DNA of 40,829 nt from an uncultured Planctomycetia bacterium (GCA_964637815.1 CAZWYD010000002.1:1-40829), one strand, 5' to 3'; shown: positions 15,728 to 25,796, counted from the first letter of the stretch. Made by a program: numbers and translations. The notes: generated by a model from the sequence alone, not told the origin.

Positions 15728-16291
15728 TTATCTGCTGGAAAGCACTTCTTCCAAAAGTTTTTTATTTATCTTTATGTATGATTTTTTCCTTAACTCCTTT
15801 ATCCATGCCCTCATTGCCTCTGTCTCTTTTCCTTGCCTGATAGCCCTTCTTATATCAGCTCGGACCTTTGGAAGCGGAAGATCTTCGTTGCTCTCTCTGT
15901 AATATTCCTCCACCTCATTATCATATACATGGATCAGGCCTGAGATCTCTTTGCTCTTTTTCTCAAGCAAAAGCCTTAAAAGCGCCTGTTCCCAGTAACT
16001 CTCAATGCTCTTCATGAAATCTTTTTCCCTGTCCAGACCCTGACGCTGCGCCTCCTGCAGAAGGAGCTCTTTTTCCAGCAATCTATCTATGTACCGCGTC
16101 CTTCCTGCTGCTGTATCCAGAAGCGCTATTTCATCATAAGGTATATTCTTTAATTCGTACTTCAAGTCCTCCGCGCTCATCTTGTATTTACCCGCCTGCG
16201 CCACTGCACGCTTATCTCCTCCATCAACAGGACACGTACAACCTGACAGTATAAAACATGAAACTAGCAAAACAGAAAATATTATTTTCAT
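15728..16291 (-). CDS. SurA N-terminal-domain-like lipoprotein (periplasmic chaperone-like)
   Basis: Start reset to the ATG at 16291 (GGAGGT 5 nt upstream), giving MKIIFSVLLVSCFILSGC with a lipobox (LSGC). The remainder is helical and resembles the SurA/PpiD N-terminal chaperone domain. The longer ORF-track start would overlap the upstream gene by 109 nt. Confidence 0.65.
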   Translation of the reverse strand: MKIIFSVLLVSCFILSGCTCPVDGGDKRAVAQAGKYKMSAEDLKYELKNIPYDEIALLDTAAGRTRYIDRLLEKELLLQEAQRQGLDREKDFMKSIESYWEQALLRLLLEKKSKEISGLIHVYDNEVEEYYRESNEDLPLPKVRADIRRAIRQGKETEAMRAWIKELRKKSYIKINKKLLEEVLSSR

Positions 16292-16302
16292 ACCTACCTC
16301 CG

Positions 16303-17751
16303 TTACCTCGCGCCTACCGAAAAAATCACCGCGGGTACTGTTTTTAATAAAATCTTTAAATCCAATGTCAATGACCAGTTGTCTATGTATTCTAAATCCA
16401 TCTTCATCCATTTTTCAAAATCAACATTATTGCGGCCATTCGCCTGCCAGAGACAGGTAAGCCCGGGCTTCATGCTGAGACGCCTCCTCTGCCAAATCTG
16501 GTACTTCTCCACTTCTAATGGTATAGGAGGTCTCGGACCCACTATGGACATCTCGCCTTTCAGTACATTAAAAAGCTGCGGCAATTCATCTAAGCTGGAT
16601 CTACGTAAAAATCTGCCTAGCTTAGTTACGCGCGGGTCCCTGTGCATCTTAAATGCAGGACCATCCATTTCGTTATGAACACGTAACGCACCCAGCTTGG
16701 CCTCTGCACCATTTACCATGGTCCTGAACTTATACATCACAAACCGCCTGCCATTGAGGCCGCTTCTTACTTGTTTAAATATTGCCTGCTCATGCGAAAG
16801 AAATCTTATCGTAAAAGCTATTATCGCAAAAATAGGCAACGCTACAACTATTCCTACCAATGATAATAGTATATCAGATAACCTCTTAACTAACAATTGC
16901 CATTCTTCTCCAACTGTTGTCTTAAAGCCCAGCATGGGTATGCCTCCGACATCACCGGCGCTCCAGCGTGCTATCTTCAGGTTGAAAAAATCTGCGGCGA
17001 TATTGGTCTTAACTCCCTGCATCTCGCAAGCAAGCACGCTCTCTTCTATGATAGGGATCCACTTTCTCGGTATTATAAACACTGCTTCATCTACGACATT
17101 GCCAATAAGTACCCTGGGTATATCCTCAAGAAGCCCGATTACCTTTTCACCGCCCACAGTTTTTCCCAGCATCTTTTTCTCAGCATCTATTATGCCGACA
17201 ATCTTCAGACCCCACTCATTATGCCTGTGAAGAAGCTTTATAAAATTCTCTGCCCTCGCTCCTGTGCCCACTATTAAAACATTTCTGAAGTTATAGCCTT
17301 TCTTTCTAATAGACCTAAGATACGACATAACAATCCATCGTTCTAATATTAGTAACGCAGTCGTAACAAAAAATAAAGTCGCTATGAAAGATCTACTGAT
17401 AAAGACTAATTTAAAGGATGATATGGCAGTCGCAAAAACCAGCATGACAAAAAACGCACTTTTTATAATACGCCATGTTATTCTAAAAAATCCTTCTCTC
17501 CTCAGTGATTCGTACAGTCCGCAAGAATTGAGCGCTATCCACCATGTAAAAATAACCAACGGCAGGATATTTAAATATTTAGACAATGCATACAGATCAC
17601 CCAAGACTTCTTTTTCTGGAAAGAGGTCCAGCGCATATAGCATATGTATATTCTGTCTCAGTGCATAGGCAATAAAAAATGAAACGCACACCACGCATAT
17701 ATCCAACGCCATAGATAATCTTCTAAAAAGTTGCTGTTTTGCTTTTAACAT
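16303..17751 (-). CDS. Polyprenyl-phosphate glycosyl-1-phosphate transferase (WbaP/large PGT type, Bac_transf domain)
   Basis: 482 aa. N-terminal TM bundle, central Rossmann-like region (VLIVGTGARAENF), C-terminal bacterial sugar transferase motifs (RFVMYKFRTM, SLDELPQLFNVLKGEMSIVGPRP). Confidence 0.9.
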   Translation of the reverse strand: MLKAKQQLFRRLSMALDICVVCVSFFIAYALRQNIHMLYALDLFPEKEVLGDLYALSKYLNILPLVIFTWWIALNSCGLYESLRREGFFRITWRIIKSAFFVMLVFATAISSFKLVFISRSFIATLFFVTTALLILERWIVMSYLRSIRKKGYNFRNVLIVGTGARAENFIKLLHRHNEWGLKIVGIIDAEKKMLGKTVGGEKVIGLLEDIPRVLIGNVVDEAVFIIPRKWIPIIEESVLACEMQGVKTNIAADFFNLKIARWSAGDVGGIPMLGFKTTVGEEWQLLVKRLSDILLSLVGIVVALPIFAIIAFTIRFLSHEQAIFKQVRSGLNGRRFVMYKFRTMVNGAEAKLGALRVHNEMDGPAFKMHRDPRVTKLGRFLRRSSLDELPQLFNVLKGEMSIVGPRPPIPLEVEKYQIWQRRRLSMKPGLTCLWQANGRNNVDFEKWMKMDLEYIDNWSLTLDLKILLKTVPAVIFSVGAR

Positions 17752-17753
17752 AG

Positions 17754-20528
17754 CTAAATCCTTATGATCTCATAATATATGGCTTCTTGCTCTCCGGAGA
17801 AATTAAAATTATAAAAATTACGAGTGAGCCTTGCGGGGATTTTCTCTTTTCTACAACCTTCTTCATCCAAAGAGAATATTTTTAAATCTTTCTGCCTTCT
17901 TTTTTTCTTTATAAAAATCTCACCTTTTACTCCCTCTACCAAAATTGGAGCTTCTCCAGTATCCAGTATATACACGTCTCTACGAAGATCTTCTGGTTCT
18001 TTGGTTATATGTGGAGTAAGTTTCTCTCCTTTGTTCTTAACACGGCCGACCACTGCAAGCAAAAGTCGTTTTGAACTAGATATGTCTTTGCCGTCCAAAG
18101 AGGTTATCGTAACTGTAGTAAAATCCGATTCGATCGAAAACCTTATACCACTAAACTCCTCTTCTTCATTGCCTACGAATCCAGAAAAGGAAAACGTCCT
18201 TGGCGTTTTTAATGTAAAAATACCTTTTTTAGAATCTCTTGTAATCTGGCCCGTGTCAGATATGACCTTATCTCTATCTTTTACCACTTCCACAATATAA
18301 GGATAGTCCAAGCTTGATTCGTAAAGTTTCTTTTCCAGCTTCGATCGATACATGATACCAGCCAATTTATGTCGGTCAGGAATTAGATCAACCATATCAA
18401 AAAGACTATCTAAACTATAAGATGCATAATGTGTATTTGATGCGACCTTCACGTCCTGTCTTAAAAAGATCAACGCGCCCAAAGGGAATAGTCCCATTTT
18501 AGCAGGGTCATTAAATACCACTGTTGGATAATATATTTTTTTTTCCAAATTGTCCCATGATAGGCCCCATCCACCATTGTAGGAGTATAAAAATAACGCA
18601 TCCACGTCATTTAACGCCGCATATGCTGCTGTAGTCAGAACATCCACTGCCCGCCATTCATTAGGCCACATACTATCCCACTCTGTAAGTATAAGAGGTT
18701 TATTGTAAACCTTAGCCCTTGAGGCTATATTAACCAATGTCTCGGGATTCAGGTGGCTCTGTTTAATAAGTGGGCGGTTATGTATTATCTCTCTTTTATA
18801 TATATGATCCCAATATGGATGGATATCTGTAAAATCCATATTGCTATCAGCTGCGAGATCTAGATTATCGTGAGGCATGTTCGAAGCACCTATTGGACAT
18901 TTGACTCCTATTGAACGTAAATACCCGTACATCTCTTTTTGATATGTATCCTGCAGCTCAAACTTAAATTCCCTGTCGTCATACCATTTCTTATGTTCTG
19001 TCTTCAAATCGCCTTTTTTTTCTTTAAGCCAGGTCTTCCATAAATCATCTATCTCATCTTTATAGTATGCAGTAAATCGATCTACTATCCAATTTCCAAA
19101 AAGCGTATTTTCATTGCTCATCTCGACCATCGCAACTGCAGGCTCATTGAGATAGCTGCTTCCTGTATAAGGATTTATATGCGATAGAAAATCCAAGGCA
19201 AATTTTTTGCTGAGCTCTATAATCCTTTCATTAAAAAAAGAGATGCCGCCTGCACCAGACCTTATCTTGTTATAATCAACCACCCCGTCTCCTTCTTTAA
19301 ATCTCCTTGCCCCCAATCCCAGCACGTCGAATACAACATATATGCCATTTTCTTTTAATTTGTATATAAAATAGTCCAGTTTGTCCATCTGTGATTCTGA
19401 AAAATGTTGTGAATCATTGCCATTTGATTGTACTATCCCATGTGGCGCCTCATTATCAAGAAGATGCATCCTAACTGCATTACAGCCGAGCTGGGCGAGC
19501 CTCTTTGCAATACTCTCTGCCTGGGCATGGGTAGGAAAACATGCCTTACCAGAATGTATATTAACACCCCAAAATCTTGCACGTTTTCCATCTTCAAAAT
19601 AAAAATGCCCGTCTTTCATAGTTACAAAACCATGACTTCCAGCAGGCCTTTCCAATAAAAAACTAAAATCAATCTTTGATCCTTCACAATAACTCCATGG
19701 TACATAAAAAGGGAACTGATCTTTCTTCTCTTCTGTTTGAAAAAGATGTGAGGGTAAAAATGCAAGGCTCAGCAGAAAAAGAGCTGCTGTAACGCTTCTC
19801 CACTTTTTCTTAAACACTAGCCACATAAATAAGGTATTCCCGACTAAATAGCGCTTCCACATCCTCTTTGGCTCACTCAAAAACCTAAAAAACCACTCCA
19901 TCCCTATTTTCTGCATCCATCTTGGGGCCCTTTTTACTAATCCTGCAACCACATCAAAACTCCCGCCTACTCCCATGCAAACAGGCACATCCAGATACTT
20001 AAGATTATTCCTTATCCAGTACTCCTTCTCCGGTGTACCCATTGCAACAAACAAGATATCTGGCTTGAGCCTTTTTATCTCATTAATCACTGTCTTTTCC
20101 TCTGCTCTTGATTCAAAATACCCGCCATGCCAACCCACAATCTCTATCTTAGGAAATTTCTTCCTGTATATATCGACTAGCTTTTGCACTACCTCTTCTT
20201 TTGCCCCAAGAAAATACATACTGTATCCTTTAATAGAAGAGCGCTTGATGATCTCGCTCATAAGGTCTATACCAGCTACTCTTTCCTTTAACCTACAACC
20301 CAGAAATCTTGATGTGCCTACTATAGCCTGGCCATCAGCAAAGATAAGATCACTGGAATCAATGAGTTTAGCTAGTTTTCTATCTTGCTGCATCTTTACG
20401 ATCTTTGCAGCATTGACTGCTACGAGCTGGTGTGGCCGCTTAGAATCAACAAATCTATCCACTTGACTAAGGGCCTCCTGCATAGAAATGTTATCTATAT
20501 GAAAATCTAAAAATTTAACGCGTACCAT
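17754..20528 (-). CDS. Fusion protein: GT26 (WecG/TagA/CpsF) glycosyltransferase - TM segment - clan GH-A (GH5-like) TIM-barrel glycoside hydrolase - C-terminal beta-rich domain
   Basis: Residues 1-~245 carry WecG/TagA motifs (ADGQAIV, YFLGAKEEV, ILFVAMGTPEKEYW, GVGGSFD, EWFFRF). A hydrophobic segment VTAALFLLSLAFLP follows. Then RFWGVNIH...VRMH...EMSNENT (acid/base NE) ...LILTEWDS (nucleophile E). The ORF is uninterrupted, with GGAG 7 nt upstream of the ATG. Confidence 0.85.
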   Translation of the reverse strand: MVRVKFLDFHIDNISMQEALSQVDRFVDSKRPHQLVAVNAAKIVKMQQDRKLAKLIDSSDLIFADGQAIVGTSRFLGCRLKERVAGIDLMSEIIKRSSIKGYSMYFLGAKEEVVQKLVDIYRKKFPKIEIVGWHGGYFESRAEEKTVINEIKRLKPDILFVAMGTPEKEYWIRNNLKYLDVPVCMGVGGSFDVVAGLVKRAPRWMQKIGMEWFFRFLSEPKRMWKRYLVGNTLFMWLVFKKKWRSVTAALFLLSLAFLPSHLFQTEEKKDQFPFYVPWSYCEGSKIDFSFLLERPAGSHGFVTMKDGHFYFEDGKRARFWGVNIHSGKACFPTHAQAESIAKRLAQLGCNAVRMHLLDNEAPHGIVQSNGNDSQHFSESQMDKLDYFIYKLKENGIYVVFDVLGLGARRFKEGDGVVDYNKIRSGAGGISFFNERIIELSKKFALDFLSHINPYTGSSYLNEPAVAMVEMSNENTLFGNWIVDRFTAYYKDEIDDLWKTWLKEKKGDLKTEHKKWYDDREFKFELQDTYQKEMYGYLRSIGVKCPIGASNMPHDNLDLAADSNMDFTDIHPYWDHIYKREIIHNRPLIKQSHLNPETLVNIASRAKVYNKPLILTEWDSMWPNEWRAVDVLTTAAYAALNDVDALFLYSYNGGWGLSWDNLEKKIYYPTVVFNDPAKMGLFPLGALIFLRQDVKVASNTHYASYSLDSLFDMVDLIPDRHKLAGIMYRSKLEKKLYESSLDYPYIVEVVKDRDKVISDTGQITRDSKKGIFTLKTPRTFSFSGFVGNEEEEFSGIRFSIESDFTTVTITSLDGKDISSSKRLLLAVVGRVKNKGEKLTPHITKEPEDLRRDVYILDTGEAPILVEGVKGEIFIKKKRRQKDLKIFSLDEEGCRKEKIPARLTRNFYNFNFSGEQEAIYYEIIRI

Positions 20529-21630
20529 GTCTCTTCTCCAGCTCCTTGATTAGTATCTTTACAATCCTCTTTGCTGCCTTACCATCCCAGTACCTCGGTC
20601 TCTTACCTTTTTTAACCTTATCTGATATAATCCTGAGCCCCTCTTTAACTATTTTAGCCTTGTTCCTGCCCACAATAATATTCGTGCCTTTTTTAACTGT
20701 CACTGGTCGCTCTGTATTTTTACGAAGCGTGAGGCACTGTATACCCAGGGCAGTGGTCTCTTCCTGGATCCCCCCTGAATCTGTCAGTACAAACTTGGAA
20801 CCTGACATCAGCTTTAAAAAATCCAGATAACCCATTGCAGGCACCATTTTGAAATTGGTCATTCTTGATATATAACCATTAAATCTAAATCGCTTCAGCA
20901 TCTTTTTCGAACGGGGATGAACAGGCCACACGATCACAATCTCCTTCTGTATATCATTCAGGGCCTCAAAGATATCCATAAAGGCCTTTTTTTTATCAAC
21001 ATTGCTCGGCCTGTGTAGCGTCAGTACAGCATATTTCCCCTCTTTTAAGTTCAACCTCTTTAAGGCATCTCTCTTATGGGCTCTTTTCTTATTCTCCAGC
21101 AATGCATCGATCATTACATTGCCCACAAAATAGGTCTTAGTCTTGCCTTCTTTTAATAAATTAGTCTTGGCGCTTTTCTCTGTGATGAATAAGTAGTCTG
21201 CGATTGCATCGGTCAAGATCCGATTGATCTCCTCTGGCATATTTTTGTCAAAACTCCTCAGACCAGCTTCTACATGTGCAACCGGTATATGCATCTTTGT
21301 CGCGCATAAGCTACAGGCAATAGTAGAATTTACATCTCCCACGACCAATACTAAATCAGGCTTCACCTTTAGCAATATCTTCTCGAATCTCTCCATGATC
21401 TTTGCAGTCTGGACAGCATGTGAACCTGTGCCCACGCCTAAATAGAAATCTGGTTTAGGAAGGCCTAGATCCTTGAAAAATAATTTCGACATCCTGTAAC
21501 CAAAATGCTGGCCCGTATGCACTAATATAGGAACGATTTTATCCGGATAGCGTTCCATCTCTTTCATGATAGGGGCCATCTTAATGAAATTTGGCCTTGC
21601 ACCGACTACGTTAATTATCTTTAACTTCAT
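20515..21630 (-). CDS. wecB: UDP-N-acetylglucosamine 2-epimerase (non-hydrolysing)
   Basis: 371 aa. The VVGARPNFIKMAPI N-terminus, HTGQH, VVGDVNST, HVEAGLRS and TDSGGIQEE are canonical WecB/MnaA motifs. Confidence 0.92.
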   Translation of the reverse strand: MKLKIINVVGARPNFIKMAPIMKEMERYPDKIVPILVHTGQHFGYRMSKLFFKDLGLPKPDFYLGVGTGSHAVQTAKIMERFEKILLKVKPDLVLVVGDVNSTIACSLCATKMHIPVAHVEAGLRSFDKNMPEEINRILTDAIADYLFITEKSAKTNLLKEGKTKTYFVGNVMIDALLENKKRAHKRDALKRLNLKEGKYAVLTLHRPSNVDKKKAFMDIFEALNDIQKEIVIVWPVHPRSKKMLKRFRFNGYISRMTNFKMVPAMGYLDFLKLMSGSKFVLTDSGGIQEETTALGIQCLTLRKNTERPVTVKKGTNIIVGRNKAKIVKEGLRIISDKVKKGKRPRYWDGKAAKRIVKILIKELEKRHGTR

Positions 21631-23579
21631 CTCAAATCCCTCTCTAACTGACCAAGGTCAAGCCTTTTATTTGAAACATAGAGCATAGTGTCAAATTTTC
21701 CTCTGTCTCTTATAGTAGCTGTATTAACAAGTGTAAGACTCTTCCTCTTCACCCCAAATGCATCTGAGACCCAGCCAGCTATCGGAGAACTCTCGCCCTG
21801 TTTTATCTCTACAGAAAGAGCCCCATCTATCACCAAGTATAAAAATACCTTGCCGTTTTGAACCTCTATTACATTGGTCTCTAATCTTGCTACCTTAGAA
21901 CCATGGGCTAAGTGGAAATACTGCTCTACAGTATTAGTGCCTTTTGCATTTAAAAAATCCTCTATGAACCACGATTCTTTCTTTTTATCAAAAGATACTA
22001 TCCTTCTATGTTTCGCCTGAGGGTTGTTATATGAGGCATCGACATAGTCTCTATCCTTTGAACTCTCCCACTTATTTATCTTTGACACAGGTCTCTTGCC
22101 CCACATAAAAGGCCCTGTGATCTCTGACTGATTTACGCTATTTACTGTAAAGGTATTATGCGCGCTGGTACCCCTAAAATAATTTCTCCAGGAATCCTCA
22201 GAATGATAAAGATATGTGCCTGGATCTATAAGAAGTCTTACGCCATCTACAGAAAGCGTCACGCTTAGTAGATCTGCATGGCCATGAGCTGCTATGGAAA
22301 GATAACCCAGCTGGCCACAATCCATCATAAGGACTTTCTCGCTCCCATTAGATGAACCACCTCTAAATACAGCATAACCGCCTTCTTTAAAAAGCATGGA
22401 ATCCAATCGAAGCCTTGTCTCTTTAGTGGACTCGTACATATTGAAACCTCTCATCCCGAATAACCAATAGTGCTCTTCTCCAAATCCATTGCCTCTGGTT
22501 TTAAAATCCCCTCGCTTTGAAAATATGCTGGCGCTGGATAAAATAGATTTGAACACCTTGGATTCCTCAGAAAGCAACGCTGCCCTGGCATTATCCGAAT
22601 CCCCTACATTAGGCACTTCCCCAGCCTTGTCCATAACATTCATAATAAACTCGCACATATTAAAATACCTATCGAGGACGTCCTCTGGAATCTCTATATC
22701 ATTTTTTATGAGAAGTGTGGCTGTAAGCAAAAATGATTCCATAATAAAACCCTGATAGCCAAATGCCTGCTCTTTTGTAACCCCGTCTCGATACGTCTGT
22801 CGCATAATCTCTCTAAAAAGTATTTTTTTACCCTTATCCAGCCATTTCCTGGCATCTTTGAATTCCGGAAACGTAAGACCTGTTATTACCAAACCGCAGG
22901 CCTCTCCTATTAAATGATTATTCGCAGAGGAATATCCCGAAAGATTATTTCTTATAAATTCCGCCTGCATATATACTGATTTTAAAAAACATGCCTTGTC
23001 TTCTTGTGTAAAAATCCCTGATGGCTCTATAAATTTATATGTCCAGCACCACGAAATAAGTCTTAAACTCAGCTCAAGGGAACTTATCCAGTTAATCCCT
23101 GTATAAGGAGGGTTCTGGGTTATCCACGAAAGCATCTGATCCTTTACTTCCCTGGCATATTTCTTATTCCCTGTTAAAAAATACGCCTTGGCCAGAGTCA
23201 CAAAATGCTGATGCCTGTTAAATTCCCATACAAACCTAATATTCTCGAAAATACCTCCACGCCAATCGATATCCGAGCCCGCATCCCACTGCACATCAAA
23301 TACCTTAAAGTTATGACTGCACAATCTATCTGCCTGATTAGCTATCTTTACTATTCTTCGAGGAAAGAGTTTTGAAAATTCCTTTCTGATCCTTGGCTGT
23401 TGGGTTGCATCAAAATAAAAAAGCGTATGCGTATTTGTCCCTTTAAGGACCCTTCTTAAATCTATATCCCTTTTTACAGATCTTCTGAGCGTAGCCCTAA
23501 CAAATCTATTTGTCCTCAAGATCACTTCTTGAATAGACATGCAGGATAATCTTCTTAAAAACCAGATGGATTTATTCAT
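21627..23579 (-). CDS. Heparinase II/III-like protein (polysaccharide lyase/epimerase-like fold)
   Basis: NNHLIGEACGL and AAHGHADLLS motifs are typical of the heparinase II/III family. Start tentatively placed at the ATG at 23579 (GGGGA upstream); the ORF-track start is 23618. The stop overlaps the wecB start as ATGA. Confidence 0.8.
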   Translation of the reverse strand: MNKSIWFLRRLSCMSIQEVILRTNRFVRATLRRSVKRDIDLRRVLKGTNTHTLFYFDATQQPRIRKEFSKLFPRRIVKIANQADRLCSHNFKVFDVQWDAGSDIDWRGGIFENIRFVWEFNRHQHFVTLAKAYFLTGNKKYAREVKDQMLSWITQNPPYTGINWISSLELSLRLISWCWTYKFIEPSGIFTQEDKACFLKSVYMQAEFIRNNLSGYSSANNHLIGEACGLVITGLTFPEFKDARKWLDKGKKILFREIMRQTYRDGVTKEQAFGYQGFIMESFLLTATLLIKNDIEIPEDVLDRYFNMCEFIMNVMDKAGEVPNVGDSDNARAALLSEESKVFKSILSSASIFSKRGDFKTRGNGFGEEHYWLFGMRGFNMYESTKETRLRLDSMLFKEGGYAVFRGGSSNGSEKVLMMDCGQLGYLSIAAHGHADLLSVTLSVDGVRLLIDPGTYLYHSEDSWRNYFRGTSAHNTFTVNSVNQSEITGPFMWGKRPVSKINKWESSKDRDYVDASYNNPQAKHRRIVSFDKKKESWFIEDFLNAKGTNTVEQYFHLAHGSKVARLETNVIEVQNGKVFLYLVIDGALSVEIKQGESSPIAGWVSDAFGVKRKSLTLVNTATIRDRGKFDTMLYVSNKRLDLGQLERDLR

Positions 23580-25791
23580 TTTTACCATCCCCAGATAACA
23601 AGTCTCTATATACCTCAAAGAATTTATTGATTACACGATCTAATCTAAACATCGAATCAATCTTATTGATATTATTGACTCCCATTCCTTTCCTGAGTCT
23701 CTTATCTTTAAGAAGCTCTATAATCCGTTTTCCTAATTCCTGTTTTTGTCCTGGAGCTGTCAAGAAACCATTCTTTCCATCTTCTACTACCTCGGGTATC
23801 CCTCCAACCCTTGTTGAAACAACAGCTAATCCTGAAGCCATTGCTTCAAGTAGTGCAACAGGAAGGCCTTCATGATAGGAAGGTAACAAAAATACTGATG
23901 CATTCTCAAGCTCTTCTAACAATCTATCTTTGTAAAGCCAACCTAATAAAATTACATTCTTTTCAATCCCTTTTTGTAAACATAGTTTCTTTACATTTTC
24001 CAACTCACCATCACCTGCAAGGTAAAATTTAGCATTCGGGACTTCCTTCAAAACAAAAGGTACTATATCTAATATGTCATATGTGCCTTTACGCCATTCA
24101 AGGCGCCCCAATGTCAACACATTAAATCCATTGTGTTTTCTGTTGATGCTGATAGATTTAAAAATATCAGCATCAACAGAATTTGGTATTATTTTTATGT
24201 TTTGATTTCTGGTCATCTTGCTAACTTCTAAAAGCCATGTTTTTGATAAAACAACTATGATGTCAGAAAAATCCAATGCTTTCCTTATACAGAATCTTCT
24301 TATAGCATGAGAATAATTATAAAAGACGTCAAAACCCCCGGCCTCTATATGGAATATAGTTTTTTTCATAAAGAGTTTTGACAGTAACAAGACTGCTGCT
24401 TTTCTATAAAAACTACCTCTGGAGGCAGTAAAGATATGAACAATTTTTATATTTCTATCTAATGCTAGCATTGCAAGGAAAATAACTACGCTCTTCAGAA
24501 AGAAAAATGACTTCAATATTTTACTGCCATCAGTAGCCGTAGAGAGATAAGTTATATGAAATTTTTTGACTAATTCTGACTTGAGGCAATATTTCGCAAA
24601 TGAAGATATCCCTCCTTTAACATCCAGTCGCGGACCTACCATTATCACGCGTGTTCTTCTCTGATATTTTTCACCATTTGAAATGCAGTCCATGAAAAAT
24701 CTCTCCATTTTGCCCATCATCTGTTCCAAAGAAAACTTATCTTCTGCTATCTTTCTCGCCAACCTCCCCATAATCCTGCCCTTTTTCTCATTCTTAAGCA
24801 GCTCTATAATTTTTATGGCAAGCGCCTTAGGATTATCGGGCGGCACAAGAAAACCTGACTTTGTATCGACTATAATCTCAGAATTTCCGCCAACATTTGT
24901 TGCAACAATAGGCTTGGAAACTGCCGTGTATTCCAATAATGCAACAGGAAGAGATTCGTCTCTTGAGCAAAGAACAGCAATATCAAATAGAGAAATAAGA
25001 TCGGCTATATCTTTTCTTTCCCCTAAAAAAATTACGCTCTCCCCAATCCCCAAGTCAGTGACCAATTTTTCGAGAGATGCCCTTTCTTCACCATCACCAA
25101 TGATCAAGAATTTGGCGTTAGGGAAATCCACTAAAATATCTTTAGCTGATTTTAGCAGGACATCATGGCCTTTTTTTCTCACCAATCTCCCCACCATACC
25201 TATGATCTTGTCGCCTTCGGATATACCTATCTCTTGTTTGAGTCCATTTCGTTGTTCAAGATCCGTAAATTTCGCTATGTCTATTCCATTAGGAATCAAT
25301 ACTATCTTTTCAGGTTTTAAGTTATATTTTTTTACTAAAGATTTTAACTTTGCGTTTGACACAACTCCGATCTTATCCAATCTGTGCAAAATAAATCTGT
25401 TTATTATGTCTTTCTTAAACCTAACACGCCTATCTGGCTTCATAGTAGCATGGATAACTGTTGCAATACGTGGTACATTGAGAATCCTTGCACATATAAA
25501 TCCCCAGAATAAAACCAAGGGTGAATTTTCTGCAAACAATAGGTCTGGAGATTCTTTTTTAAGCAACTGAAATAATCTATAAGCCCCGTATAAATCGTAC
25601 TTACTCTTCATTAGGCCATGGTTCAACTCTATGCCTTCATTTATAAGCTCTTGGCCAATAGAACCTGGGCCATAAAGGCAGCACACTTTTAATCGGAACC
25701 TGGTCCTATCAAGATGCCTTACTATCTCATAAGCCATCTTCTCGGCTCCGCCAACATTTAAGGTTGGATGAAGAAAAAATATCTTTTTCAT
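23572..25791 (-). CDS. Two-module GT4 glycosyltransferase (two complete GT-B retaining-type modules in one polypeptide)
   Basis: Module 1 spans ~1-370 (LNVGGAEKM; ESLPVALLEY = EX7E). Module 2 spans ~385-740 (GGISSF; EGLPVALLEAMASG = EX7E). Start set to the ATG at 25791, 5 nt after the stop of the upstream small ORF; the ORF-track start at 25800 is a TTG. Confidence 0.85.
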   Translation of the reverse strand: MKKIFFLHPTLNVGGAEKMAYEIVRHLDRTRFRLKVCCLYGPGSIGQELINEGIELNHGLMKSKYDLYGAYRLFQLLKKESPDLLFAENSPLVLFWGFICARILNVPRIATVIHATMKPDRRVRFKKDIINRFILHRLDKIGVVSNAKLKSLVKKYNLKPEKIVLIPNGIDIAKFTDLEQRNGLKQEIGISEGDKIIGMVGRLVRKKGHDVLLKSAKDILVDFPNAKFLIIGDGEERASLEKLVTDLGIGESVIFLGERKDIADLISLFDIAVLCSRDESLPVALLEYTAVSKPIVATNVGGNSEIIVDTKSGFLVPPDNPKALAIKIIELLKNEKKGRIMGRLARKIAEDKFSLEQMMGKMERFFMDCISNGEKYQRRTRVIMVGPRLDVKGGISSFAKYCLKSELVKKFHITYLSTATDGSKILKSFFFLKSVVIFLAMLALDRNIKIVHIFTASRGSFYRKAAVLLLSKLFMKKTIFHIEAGGFDVFYNYSHAIRRFCIRKALDFSDIIVVLSKTWLLEVSKMTRNQNIKIIPNSVDADIFKSISINRKHNGFNVLTLGRLEWRKGTYDILDIVPFVLKEVPNAKFYLAGDGELENVKKLCLQKGIEKNVILLGWLYKDRLLEELENASVFLLPSYHEGLPVALLEAMASGLAVVSTRVGGIPEVVEDGKNGFLTAPGQKQELGKRIIELLKDKRLRKGMGVNNINKIDSMFRLDRVINKFFEVYRDLLSGDGKNE

Positions 25792-25796
25792 AAAAA

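Noticed and set aside
16292-16411. 40-codon N-terminal extension of the SurA-like ORF
   Set aside because: It overlaps the PGT gene. The internal ATG at 16291 has GGAGGT upstream and yields a clean lipoprotein signal peptide with a lipobox.
16697-20466. Several 120-180-aa plus-strand ORFs (16697-17230, 16897-17277, 17824-18300, 19975-20466)
   Set aside because: All are antisense to the PGT or GT26-GH genes, which carry strong family motifs. The translations are low-complexity.
24683-25570. 295-aa plus-strand ORF
   Set aside because: It is antisense to the dual GT4 gene, Ser/Leu/Ile/Phe-rich, and has no recognisable domain. Shadow ORF.
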